Below, piece by piece: positions 1 through 11,369 of a stretch of 64,000 nt of DNA. The stretch is from Anolis carolinensis (lineage: Eukaryota), in the NCBI RefSeq assembly GCF_035594765.1, contig NC_085842.1:318169749-318233748 (forward strand), read 5' to 3'. How positions within the stretch are numbered: the first letter of the stretch is position 1; the number at the start of each line of letters is the position of its first letter. The position numbers were made by a program, and so were the translations under genes. The notes beneath the pieces were generated by a model. That model had not been told where the DNA came from and ran no database searches. It worked only from the letters and a program-made list of their open reading frames with translations.

Positions 1-184
1 AACATACATTGACAGATGATTTGAAGGTACATTTATTGTTGTTGATGATGTTCCATTCGTTCCATCATTTCTGACTTATGGCAACCCTAAGGTGGATGTA
101 TCACTGGGTTTTCTAGGGTTAAGAGTGTGTGACTTGCTCAGGTACAACCAGTGGGTTTTCATGGGTGATTAAGGATTTGAATTC

Positions 185-1420
185 TGTGATCGAGGTGACC
201 ACCCTCCCCTCCAGGACTTTGTAAAAGATAGTTCAAAAGTCAAGACTTTAAGTTCTATATTCCATATATTTATAGTAGAAGGTGATTGAGATTTTTTTTT
301 ACTGGAGTTTACTGTGGATTATCCCTGCACTCTGAGGCAAGAGATAACAACTTCATGAATTGTAAAATCATGCTGCTAAAACTCCACTTTTATGAATTTC
401 CATATTGGGTTCCCCAGATGTTATGAACTTTGTTCTTATCAGATATTTTCAATTGTTTATATCATTCATGATTCCCCTTTATGCAATGTAACTCACTTTT
501 ATGGATTCTCCCTTATTTCCATGAAATCCATCTATCTGCCTATATGTATTTGTACTCTTTAGGATCCCCGGAAAATATGTATTTTTCCCAGCAGGGTTTA
601 TATTCCAACTTTATTTTATTTTTCATTTTATTTCATATAATTGTCAAATCATGAAATCAAATGGGAAATATTTTGACCCCAACATGAACCCCAGCTCCTA
701 TGACCCAGGCTTCCCCTTCCCAAAAACAAAAGGTGATTCGCCCCCAAGGCAAACATTGTCATATCTCACCCAAAGGAAAAACCAGGACACCTCAGGAAGG
801 CGCCCTGCAGAGCCTGTAAATATGGCTCATTACCACCCATCCTTACTTCCACCTCTGACACCCCAAGGCATATCTAAAATCTGTATACGTGACAGGAACC
901 CTTGATTGCTGTCATTAATCCCTTTAGAAATCGGTCTAGCAGGAATTAATATGATATTTCCTGCCCTGTCACTTCATTGTTTCAATAACTCCCGCCTTCT
1001 CCTCCCTGATTGGCTCGAGTGGGGACAAAAAGCAGCTCTCTATTGGGCCAACAGAGCAAGGCGGGAAACGAAAGCACGCCTCGTTCAACCCTCTAGCCTA
1101 TCCGCAATCAGATGGGCGGGGGAGCGGGGCGGGAAATTCAAGGGGCTGTCAGACTGAAACATTGTATAAATATGGCTTTATTTTGGATATATGGTACGCT
1201 AGTAGGCTGAATGATCGCTACTAGTGTCCTTTTCAGCTGAATCGCTCAATAAAGACTCCTTGGCGGATTTTCCTTCAACTTTGGCGGACCTTCTTCATTT
1301 CGGCTCCAGGTTGTATTGCGGCTCATATTCTCCTATTGGCTCCGCCAAGGTCCGTTCTCTCAGGACCGGATCGGCTCTCTCCTTAAGGGGCCCGATCCCC
1401 TAAAAACGCGGTCGACAACA
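185..1420 (+). mobile_element. Solo LTR, 1236 bp, ERV-like
   Basis: Ends TGTGATCGA...TCGACAACA form imperfect terminal inverted repeats. Flanks are a 4-bp near-TSD, ATTC (181-184) / GTTC (1421-1424). Internal order is CCAAT/GC boxes, TATAAA (1165), then AATAAA (1248). Confidence 0.8.
985..1255 (+). promoter_or_regulatory. LTR promoter and polyadenylation module
   Basis: CTGATTGG and other CCAAT-like boxes (~1006-1110), GGGCGGGG and GGGGCGGG Sp1-type boxes (~1114-1133), TATAAA 1165-1170 and AATAAA 1248-1253. Locally CpG-rich. Confidence 0.7.
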
Positions 1421-3726
1421 GTTCCAGTCTCCAAAGTCATAGTCCAACAGTCAAACCATTATGCTACTTTAGCTTCACTGAAGGCACATACAAACACACA
1501 GTTCTGATAAAAAGGTGGCACATATGTGTGGACTACAAATGCACTCACCTTGGGCACTTGCTATCCAGAAATAGAACATAGAGACTAGGACATGGACCAA
1601 AAGATTAAATTGACAAGACAGAAAATTCTGACTCAACATCAGGAAGAATATCATGATAATGGGAGCCTTTGGAATATGAAATAAACATATTATAACATAC
1701 TTTCTTTCATTGCTTTTTAAGATGAAGTGACCACTAATTAGGGGTATTCAAGTGGCAGATTTCTGTACTGTATGAGACTTGGATTAGTTGGCCCTTTCGG
1801 TCCTATCTAACTCCCCCCTTACCAAAAAATATGGGACTTTCATAACTTACAGGAAAATCTGGAGTATCCATGAAGTTTGTGGACATCTGGACAGCTGAAT
1901 TGGGTCTCATTTGGCCCAATTCATTGTCCACATGGAGACTGCCACCATCACTCTGTTCTGATTAAGAGAAGTGTCCTAATGTCACTTCCACCTCTTCTCA
2001 GCAGCAATAGAGTTCTCTTCAAGAGTCTGGCCATCTGCTAAGATTATAAGAGGTGCTCATGTGGACAATTAGGACATCAATAGATGTGACCATGTTGGCC
2101 TGGCTCATGTAGGGAGCTTTGTGGCCAGCAAGGAGAGGTGGAAGTGGCACAAGGACAAGGGGAAAGGCCAGTGGAGCTAATGCAATTTCTACTTGGCTAT
2201 AAACCAACGCTGTATCATGGAGGATTCAAGGTGGTACTTAAGTCCACCATCACAATAGATCTGGCCCTAGTCTGGTCATAATGGTCTGGCCTGGTCTTGG
2301 ATTAAGTGACCAGAATAGATGTGACCTAAGTTCATTACTTTTATGAAATGGAGAAAAGAAAGGAGAAAATATGTATTTATTATGAAATTTATATAAAGAG
2401 CATAGTCCCTGGTCAGACTCAAGATATGTTGCTGACTGAAGTGAAAGTTAAGATGGCATCTTATCTTCCATTCTACATAAAGGAAATCTTTGACAGTCCA
2501 TTGAATAACAGCTAGGTAGCTTCTACTGCTGAGTCTCACCATTTTCTGCCTTAGGCAGTTGCCTCATTCTTGCTAATGATGGGACTGGCCTCTCTGCTTT
2601 ATCACCTGGTTTTAGGCAAGCCTGATACCCCGTAAGCAATCTGATATAGATCAAAGCATCATAATGTTTATCCACTTTAATGGGCAGAATTGTGGCTACA
2701 CGGTCTTATTTTTTCTCATTTTTGAGTTGAAGCATAACGAGGATATTCCATAAAGCCAATTATTTCGGTTGCTTTCCTACTTCCCTAACAAATGGCTTAT
2801 AGATTTTGTAATGCCCTGCATCTTCTCTCAAACCAGGACACCTCTCAAGGATTAAAGTACATTTTTTTCAGCCTTCAAGATCACTTCCCCTCTGGTCTGT
2901 ATAGCTGGTAATGCTGACTCAGTCATATTTCTTGCACAATATATTTTCCCGTGCCCTTAAAGGTGAGAGTACAATAATAAATGGAATGGGTTTGTGAATA
3001 AAACTGTCTCTAGAATTAGCTATTACATCCACGTGAATATACCACAGTGAATTTATGATGATTAATGGTATTACAATGAACACCGGAGCACGTAATAATG
3101 ATTTGCTACTTATTATAAAGTGTTGCCAATATTTTCTACACCCAAGTGACACGAAATGCAAGAAATCCAATGGAAAAAAACTTTCTTGTGCAAACAAAGG
3201 ACAAAAGGGACAAAAGGAAGGTCCACACAGTGGGAAAAGGTTCTAGAAGAAAGCAAACTCTTTGAATCTTTATTATAGTCCATGACCCCAACCCTGTCAT
3301 CCACCATGCAATTCAGTCATTTTCTTGTCAAACTGAAATTGCCAACTTTTGAGAAATGATTTCAGACCAAGTCATGTGACTAACAAAATAAAACAATGGT
3401 GATCGATTACAACCATACGTTTGGAAAAGATCCCAAGAGCAACACAACCCATGCAACTCTTTTGGTGCAGGCAACTACTACTATAACATCCCTAAGAAGT
3501 GGCCATTTGACCTCTATTCAAAAACTTCCCACAGAAGAGATTCCAACACAAGGGTGACATGCTTACTAAAAATCAACCTGGGTCTTTCAAAAGCATGCCA
3601 TGTTAGACTAAGACTGGATCTTCATTGCCCATGATCGGATCCCAGATAATCTGCTTTGAACTGTATTATATGAGTGTACACTGGCAGATAAACTGGGAGG
3701 AGAATATATAATCTGTTATCAGATCC

Positions 3727-4603
3727 TGTCAGACCCCTGGCAGCTGGGCACCAAGAACCATACACGGAGGCCAGTCTCTATCTAATATCTTTATTAAGGA
3801 AATGTATAAAAGCAATAAAAACAAGTGAAGAATATAGTTCAGAAGCAGACCTTTCAAATGAGGTCAAATATAGTCCAAAAATGTATAGTCCAATAAATGA
3901 TATTAGAGTTCAAAGTACTTTATCCAATACCGAAACACACACTATTGCCAAGCAATAGCGTGGGGAAATGTCAGAGTCTTAGAGTCCAAGGTAGCTTGAC
4001 AACAAGGCTGGAACAAGGCTGGATATAACTTGGTTCTTAACAAGGTCCGTGACTAGGTACAAGGTAACCAGTGAATCCTGGAACTAGGTCCGTGGTTAAA
4101 AGCAAAGCGATGCAAAATCTTGAATACTTGATCCGGGAGGCAAGGAACTGGGGTTACGAAGTCCACACACGATCTCACTCCTGAAGCTGATCTGTTGACT
4201 CCGCAAAGAATCTCCCGCGCCAAACACCTATATTGGGTCTCGTTTTCCCGCCAACAATCTCTTTCCCTAGAGAACGAGAAGCGAAACCCAACTCTGTCCA
4301 GATGCAAGACTCCTTAGAATTTCCCAAGGGAAGCAGGCCTAATCAGCCTGTTGTTTGGCAGCGATCCGTAAACTCCTCCGATTTGCTTCTCTGACTCCTC
4401 TGTCTCTAGAGTAAGATTCCCTCCTGGGAAACGGAGGGGAGGAATGCCCAAGGTCTATTTTACTGAATTCTTGAGGACAAACATCAACATCCGGCAGGTG
4501 AAAGGACTCCGGCTCTTGTTGAACCGGCGAAAACCCCATGTTTTCATCTTCATCTGCCACGATAGTACTAGGAACAGGACTACAAGGCCCATGGGGCATC
4601 ACA
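3727..4603 (-). mobile_element. Solo LTR (Gypsy/Ty3-like), 877 bp
   Basis: TGT...ACA termini and a perfect 5-bp TSD GATCC (3722-3726, 4604-4608). It is the reverse-complement homologue of 17848-18714. Confidence 0.9.
4339..4599 (-). CDS. LTR-embedded ORF (~86 aa): acidic/Pro-rich, with a C-terminal RRSLRIAAK motif; possibly the pol/integrase tail running into U3
   Basis: MPHGPCSPVPSTIVADEDENMGF...DRGVREANRRSLRIAAKQQAD*. Same frame, length and stop as in the second LTR copy, with many synonymous differences. Confidence 0.6.
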   Translation of the reverse strand: MPHGPCSPVPSTIVADEDENMGFSPVQQEPESFHLPDVDVCPQEFSKIDLGHSSPPFPRRESYSRDRGVREANRRSLRIAAKQQAD

Positions 4604-5021
4604 GATCCTGAGATAGAGGGCAATGTAGCTCCAGCCTTAATGTATCTCTTTTTGGACAGAGTTACGAGATTGGTAGATGAAGGGAATGTTGTGCATGTAG
4701 CATATCTTGATTTCAGTAAGGTCTTTGATGAAGTCCCTCATGATATTCTTGCAATTAAGCTAGTAAAATCTAGGCTAGTCAATGCTACTAAAAGGAGGAT
4801 TGACCAACTGAATTCAGGGTGCTCAGCAATGGCTTCTCTTCATTCTGAAGAGCGCTTGACCAGTGGGATGCCATGGTTTCTGTCCTGTGCCCAGTGCTAT
4901 TCAATATTTTTTATAGATGATATGGATGATGAAATAAAGGGCATGTTTATAAAATGTGCAGATGACACCAAATTAGAAGTGCTGTTCGATACCTCAAAGG
5001 ATAGCATTAGAATCTAAAATG

Positions 5022-5480
5022 GGGCCGGGCTGTGGTGCAGGCTAGTGAGCAGCCTGCTGCAATAAATCACTCTGACCATGAAGTCATGAGTTCGAGGCCA
5101 GCCTGTGGCGGGGTGAGCACCCATCAATTAAAAAATAAAAAATAGCCCCTGCTCGTTGCTGACCTAGCAACCCGAAAGATAGTTGCATCTATCAAGTAGG
5201 AAATAAGGTACTACTTATAAAGTGGGGAGGCAAATTTAACTAATTTACGACATTGGAATGAGGAAGTGCCGTCACAGTGGATGATGAAGCAGCTGCTCCC
5301 CCCTGTGGCCAGAATCGAACATCCCCTCAGGAGAAGGTTAAATTGCCTCTGTGTCTGTCTCTGTTTTGGTTCTATGTGTATATGGGCATTGAATGTTTGC
5401 CCTATATGTATATAATGTGATCCGCCCTGAGTCCCCTTCAGGGTGAGAAGGGCAGAATCTAAATACTGTAAATAAATAAA
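5022..5480 (+). mobile_element. tRNA-derived SINE with an L2-type 3' tail (Anolis SINE2-like)
   Basis: Head GGGCCGGGCTGTGGTGCAG, B-box GAGTTCGAGGCC, tail CCGCCCTGAGTCCCCTTCAGGGTGAGAAGGGC plus (TAAA)n. TSD TAAAATG at 5015-5021 and 5481-5487. Confidence 0.85.
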
Positions 5481-5865
5481 TAAAATGCCTATAACAGATT
5501 AAAGAAATGGGGTAACAAAATGGGTTTCAGCAGGGAGAAAATCCAAAATGCTACACCTAGGGAGAAAATTCAAATGAAGTGACATAGGATGTACCCTCTG
5601 ACTTGGCAAGAGTTTGTGTGAAAGGCTCTTAGTAGGAGTTTTAACAGACAACAAGCTTAACGTTGGGCAGCACTGTGATGTGACAGCTAAAAAAAGCTAG
5701 TGCAATTCCAGACTGCATTGATAGGAATATATTGTCTAGTTTGAGGGAAGTAATACCACTCTATTCTGACATTCCATATCTACTTCTGAGCACCACAGTT
5801 CAATACTGATAAGCTGCAACATGCCAAGACTACATCGTTTTGACACCGAAGGAGGAAGGACAAAA

Positions 5866-7584
5866 CATAGAATCATAGAATCATAGAATAGTAGAGTTGG
5901 AAGAGACCTCAAGGGCCATCTAGTCCAACCCCCCGCTAAGAAGCAGGAAATCGCATTCAAAGCACCCCCGACAGATGGCCATCCAGCCTCTGCTTAAAAG
6001 CCTCCAAAGAAGGAGCCTCCACCACGGCCCGGGGGAGAGAGTTCCACTGCCGAACAGCCCTCACAGTGAGGAAGTTCTTCCTGATGTTCAGGTGGAATCT
6101 CCTTTCCTGTAGTTTGAAGCCATTGTTCCGTGTCCTAGTCTGCAGGGCAGCAGAAAATAAGCTTGCTCCCTCCTCCCTATGACTTCCCCTCACATATTTG
6201 AACATGGCTATCATGTCTCCTCTCAGCCTTCTCTTCTGCAGGCTAAACATGCCCAGCTCTTTAAGCCTCTCCTCATAGGGCTTGTTCTCCAGACCCTTAA
6301 TCATTTTAGTTGCCCTCCTCTGGACGCTTTCCAGCTTGTCAGCATCTCCCTTCATCTGCGGTGCCCAAAACTGGACACAGTATTCCAGGTGTGGTCTGAC
6401 CAAGGCAGAATAGAGGGGGAGCATGACTTCCCTGGATCTAGACGTTATTCCCCTATTGATGCAGGCCAAAATCCCATTGGCTTTTTTAGCTGCCGCATCA
6501 CATTGTAGGCTCATGTTTAACTTGTTGTCCACGAGGACTCCAAGATCTTTTTCGCACACACTGCTGTCAAGCCAGGCGTCCCCCATTCTGTATCTTTGAT
6601 TTCCATTTTTTCTGCCGAAGTGAAGTATCTTGCATTTGTCCCTGTTGAACTTCATTTTGTTAGTTTCGGCCCATCTCTCTAGTCTGTCAAGATCGTTTTG
6701 AATTCTGCTCCTGTCTTCTGGAGTGTTAGCTATCCCTCCGAGTTTGGTGTCATCTGCAAACTTGATGATCGTGCCTTCTAACCCTTTGTCTAAGTCGTTA
6801 ATAAAGATGTTGAACAGAACCGGGCCCAGGACGGAGCCCTGCGGCACTCCACTTGTCACTTCTTTCCATGATGAAGACGACGCATTGGTGAGCACCCTTT
6901 GGGTTCGTTCGCTTAGCCAATTACAGATCCACCTAACCGTAGTTTTGTCTAGCCCACATTTTACTAGTTTGTTTGCCAGAAGGTCGTGGGGGACTTTGTC
7001 GAAGGCCTTACTGAAATCTAGATATGCTACATCCACGGCATTCCCTGTATCGACCCAACTCGTAACTCTATCGAAAAAAGAGATCAGATTAGTCTGGCAT
7101 GACTTGTTTTTGGTAAATCCGTGTTGACTATTAGCAATGACCGCATTTGTTTCTAAGTGTTTGCAGACCACTTCCTTAATGATCTTTTCCAGAATCTTGC
7201 CTGGTATTGATGTGAGGCTGACCGGACGGTAATTGTTTGGGTCGTTCTTTTTTCCCTTCTTGAAGATAGGGACCACATTCGCCCTCCTCCAATCTGCTGG
7301 GACTTCTCCTGTTCTCCAAGAACTCTCGAAGATGATTGCCAGTGGTTCTGAAATAACTTCCGCTAGTTCCTTCAATACTCTTGGATGTAGCTGATCTGGC
7401 CCTGGGGACTTGAATTCGTTTAGAGTGGCCAGGTGTTCCTGGACAACTTGTTTCCCTATTTGGGGTTGGATTTCCCCCAATCCTTCGTCCATTCCATGTT
7501 GCTGAGGTTGAAGATGGCTTTCTTTTTGTGAGAAGACCGAGGCAAAGAAGGCATTAAGCAGTTCTGCCTTTTCCCTATCCCCAT
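5866..7584 (-). mobile_element. Young 5'-truncated CR1 LINE
   Basis: Antisense (TTCTATGA)n tail at 5866-5889 and an uninterrupted ORF2 RT region. Confidence 0.95.
5957..7584 (-). CDS. CR1 ORF2 reverse transcriptase and C-terminus; the endonuclease is missing
   Basis: [47 protein letters not shown] and KFADD motifs, with no stops over ~540 codons. The first ~20 aa of the called 561-aa ORF are flanking DNA. Confidence 0.9.
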
Positions 7585-7729
7585 CAAGCAAGAGTGGATG
7601 GAAACCCCAGCCATAAATAAATACTAAAAAACTCAAATACATAACTTTTTTTCCCCTTTCTAATGAACTTTGTGAACATCATACCTATGCTGTTCCCAAT
7701 TCACAAGGTGCTCTAGTTCAAACAAATGT

Positions 7730-8350
7730 TTCTCGTTTGGTCAGGAACTTTAAATTTAGTGTCATTCGGGAAGCTGGTGAACTATTAGTTCACCCCTATT
7801 CCAAATTCCCCAGAAAGTTTCCCATGTTCACAAGGTTTCTTTAAATGTCCCAAAATGTTCTTCTTGCCATGAGAATGTATTTTCTATTCTCTGCATTTAG
7901 TATGTCTGTTTTGGGGGAGGCCTTGAATTCTCCCCATTTTCCATCCACTTCATCTCCCCCTATTTTTTGTGACTTCTGAAATTGGTTTTTGCAAAGTCCC
8001 TGGAACTCATCCAACTAAACTCATCTTCGACAGCCTTTTCTGTTATGAATTTAAGGTAATAAGCTCATGGTCATTTTCTCCTAAGGTTTCTGCCACGTTC
8101 ACAACCTCTGCTACTCATTCTCATTGGTCAGGATTAAGGCCAAACAAGTTCCTTTCTCTACTTTCTGGGAGATTAAGCCATTGCCAATTGAAGTCAAAAA
8201 TGTGTTGGATGTTTTATCCTGAGCAGAATTAGACTTTCAAGAGATGCCAGGAAGTTGGGATCTACTATTGTTCTTACTATTTGCCTCTGTGAAAAGTTTT
8301 TCTCTCATTTCTAGGAGAACATCATTCACATCTTTAGGCTGCCTAAACAA
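7730..8350 (-). mobile_element. Ancient CR1 ORF2 fragment (endonuclease-to-RT linker)
   Basis: The antisense of ~8060-8140 reads like decayed LILTN...V.V.ETLGENDHEL, a CR1 endonuclease C-terminal motif. Confidence 0.55.
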
Positions 8351-8720
8351 TAGGTAACATATGACCAGCAGAAAAAAAAGGAAACATGTTTCAGCATGCT
8401 TCATAGATGAATTGTTTATTATTTAAAAGCCTAAGTCTTGCTTCTTCACCTCTCTTCACCCATGTTTTTTTTTTCAACATGCACAGACAATCGTAAATAT
8501 TGGCAATTTTTTAAAAGATTGGGGAACTCCAATGGGGAAAATCCTAGAAGGTTGAGAATCTTTCCAATATTTAACTTACTATGAGTGAAAAACACACTTT
8601 CTTGTTTTTTGTTTTGTGCAAGAAAACAAAAAAAGAGGAATACGTGTTCAACAGTAGAATAAACTGCTTCAAGTGACAGTGGTCTCTACTGCAATGAAGA
8701 GGTTTAAATGTAAGTTAGAT

Positions 8721-8737
8721 TGTCACCTCTAGTGGCA
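8721..8737 (-). promoter_or_regulatory. Candidate CTCF-type motif
   Basis: Minus strand TGCCACTAGAGGTGACA resembles the CTCF core CCASYAGRKGGC, with a 3' mismatch. Confidence 0.3.
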
Positions 8738-8861
8738 GTTGGACAAGATTATATTGGAATTCCTTTTAGGTCTGTAATCTTATGTTCTGTGACACCATCT
8801 TGCATTGCATTATTAATGTTTATATAACCCAGTACCCTATATATTCTTGGTGGTATGGGAA

Positions 8862-9843
8862 GACCAAGTCACCTTGTCTGTCTCCTGAGGAAGCAGCCAC
8901 AGTAAGAACAGACCACGGAACAACAGACTGGTTCAAGATTGGGAAAGGAGTATGGCAGGGATGTATACTCTCACCCGGCCTATTTCATTTGTATGCAGAA
9001 CACATGCAACGTGTGGGGCTGTAGGAATCCAAGGCTGGAGTTAAAATTGCTGGAAGAAATATTAACAACCTCAGATGATACCACTTTGACAGCTGAATGA
9101 GAGGAAAAGCTGAGGAGCCTTATAAGCAAGATGAAAGAAGAAAGTGCAAAAGCTGGTTTACAGTTAAACATCCAAAAAAACCCCCAAGATTATGGCAACC
9201 AGACTGATTGTTAACTGGCAAATAGAGGGAGAAAACGTGGAGGAAGTGGCAGACTTAGTATTTCTAGGTGCAAATATTACTGCAGACACAGACTGCAGCC
9301 AGAAACTCAGAAGACATTTCCTTCTTGGGAGGAGAGCAATAACTAATCTTGATAAAATAGTGAAGGGTAGAGACATCACACTGGTAACAAAAGTTCTCAT
9401 AGTCAAAGCAATGGTATTCCCCGTAATAACCTATGGATGTGAGACCTGGACCATAAGGAAGGCTGAGCGAAGGAAGATAGATGCATTTGTGATGTTGGAG
9501 GAAAATCCTGAGAGTGCCTTGGACCACAAGAAGATCCAACCAGTCCATCCTCCAGGAAATAATGCCTAACTGCTCACTGGAGGGAAGGATATTGGAGGCA
9601 AAGATGAAGGACTTTGGCCACATCATGAGAAGACAGGAAAGCTTGGAGAAGATAATGATGCTGGGGAAAATGGAAGAAAGAAGGAAGAGGGGCTGACCAA
9701 GGGCAAGATGGATGGATGGTATCCTTGAAGTGACTGGCTTGACCTTGAAGGATCTGAGGGTGGTGATGGCTGACAAAGAGCTCTGACCTGGGATGGTCCA
9801 TGAGGTCACAAAGAGTCGGAAGCAACTGAATGAATAAACAACA
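8862..9843 (+). mobile_element. RTE-clade BovB LINE, 5'-truncated and decayed
   Basis: TTDWFKIGKGVWQGCILSP, FLGANITAD, VKAMVFPVITYGCETWT and PWTTRRSNQSIL fragments in shifting frames. 3' end GAATGAATAAACAAC. Confidence 0.9.
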
Positions 9844-9963
9844 CCCTACAAATGTCTTGATTTTTCAGAAAGCAATAGATGAATGCATCATTTGTGCTAG
9901 TAATTCCTACATTTTCCTCCCTAGAATGCAGAAAAAATAACAAAAATATAATAGAAGTGAAAT

Positions 9964-10272
9964 ACAGCTGTCCCTCCATATTTACAGATTAAGCATTCAC
10001 ATATTTACTTATTTGCCAATTGCTGCATTTACCACTGCCTCCACTTCTAACCTACACATGATTAAAACAATGTTCGCTCCAAGCATTTGTAGGTCATACA
10101 GTGCAATTCTATGTTCAGCAATGGGAATTGACCATACAATTGAACCAGAGAACCTAGAAATGTAGATTATCGGGGAAGGATAATGTGAGTTTTATTTATA
10201 TTCACACATTTTTTCACTTTTGTGGGGACCTTGTATCCCTAACCCACACAAATGTGGATGGACTAGTACAGT
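9964..10272. mobile_element. Degenerate Tigger/mariner-type MITE; relatives at ~42370-42590, ~50890-51190 and ~56830-57120
   Basis: TA-CAGCTGTCCCTCCATATTT start, a partially complementary end, and shared internal GACCTAGAGA/TCTAGG motifs among the copies. Confidence 0.45.
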
Positions 10273-11163
10273 ATTAAATGTGATTGTGGAAATAATTCCA
10301 TTCCCCCACAATTTTGATTTTTAAATGGGAAGAATTACTCATAGGATTTGCTAAAAAAAATTTGCTATCCCCTGCTCAAACAATGAAAGCGCCTGCAGTA
10401 AGGCATTTTCAGTGTAGCTTTATCCCATCCCAGTTCTGTGAGTCATTATATGGCTTCTCTTTCTTATTTAAAGTACAGGGTTGAGAGATATGCCAACAAG
10501 ACTATTAAGACTGCACCATGGAATCTATGGTAATAATAAACCTCATTGCTTTATCCTCCTTTCACTCCTTTGTCTCCACGCTCCAGAATCCTGTGGATTC
10601 TCTTCCGCAGATATGAGGAAGGCAATATCGGTTTCCTGAGTTACAGCTATTATTGGCAATAGATTGTCCTTCCCAGAGTAAGTAATGGGCACCTTATATC
10701 ACTCCCCCTGTATGTTCCCCAATGCTATAAAAATCCGCATCTACATTGTACCAACAATGCTTTATTCACTCTGGGTGCTGGGCCTTAGATAATAACATTT
10801 TAAATTGGAGAACTATAATTTAATCAGTTAACTTGTGAAACCCTTATGCAGCTGACCAGCTGTCAGCCTCCTGATTTAGGACTGAGTTCACATTTATAAA
10901 CTAGCTTTAAAACACGAGAGAAAATGAAAGAACCTTGTTGGCTCAAAAGAAAAGGAACAGATGTGTGCAAGAGAGAGGGAGATTGAAAGAGAGGGGGGAG
11001 AGAGAGAGAGAGAAAGAAGGGGCAGATCACTCAGCTGCCAGAAAACAGAAGAAATGTATTCCTTAATTCATTGTAAAATGTTGAAAGCTATTCTAACTCC
11101 ATTTCCTAAAGTTTGGAGACCTATTTCATCAAAAGGATATATTTCTCAACTTGTAAAACTCTG

Positions 11164-11166
<3 letters not shown>

Positions 11167-11199
<33 letters not shown>

Positions 11200-11208
11200 A
11201 GAGAGAGA
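11167..11208 (+). repeat. (AC)n(AG)n microsatellite
   Basis: Seen directly. Other microsatellites: (AC)n 15257-15278, (TG)n ~26098-26131, (AT)n ~49006-49046, (CT)n ~51763-51810 and (CAA)n ~59364-59386. Confidence 0.95.
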
Positions 11209-11369
11209 AAGACAGAAATTTCAGAATGGGATAGAAACATCTATCCAAAAAGAGAACTTCCATTCTTTTCACAAATGCCTCCAGAGACAGAGAATCTGCT
11301 TTCTCCCACTTAATTTCTTTAAAAAGTTGTCTTCATCTGTACAACAACGCTCTCAAAACATGCACTGGT

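Larger units (their letters stand above)
37..1470 (-). mobile_element. Old squamate tRNA-derived SINE, split into ~37-184 and ~1425-1470 by a solo LTR
   Basis: GGATTTGAATTC at 173-184 (antisense B-box) continues as CAGTCTCCAAAGTCATAGTCCAACAGTCAAACCA after the LTR. Related uninterrupted copies are at ~19430-19630, ~28490-28720 and ~59670-59880. Confidence 0.7.
3612..4637. mobile_element. Harbinger/PIF-type MITE (~145 bp), interrupted by a solo LTR
   Basis: TIRs GACTGGATCTTCATTGCCC / GGGCAATGTAGCTCCAGCC, flanked by TAA (3609-3611) and TAA (4638-4640). TAA is the typical PIF/Harbinger TSD. Confidence 0.7.
3560..5830 (+). mobile_element. Old degenerate CR1 LINE ORF2 (RT) fragment interrupted by a MITE, a solo LTR and a SINE
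   Basis: A decayed NQHGF..SCQTN-like segment at ~3570-3611 resumes at 4638 as [32 protein letters not shown]...FIKCADDTKL (ORF 4538-5017). CR1-like sequence continues at 5488-5830. Confidence 0.8.

Noticed and set aside
6179-7127. Plus-strand ORFs overlapping CR1, and similar antisense ORFs over BovB
   Set aside because: They are antisense shadows of the LINE coding frame with no independent support.
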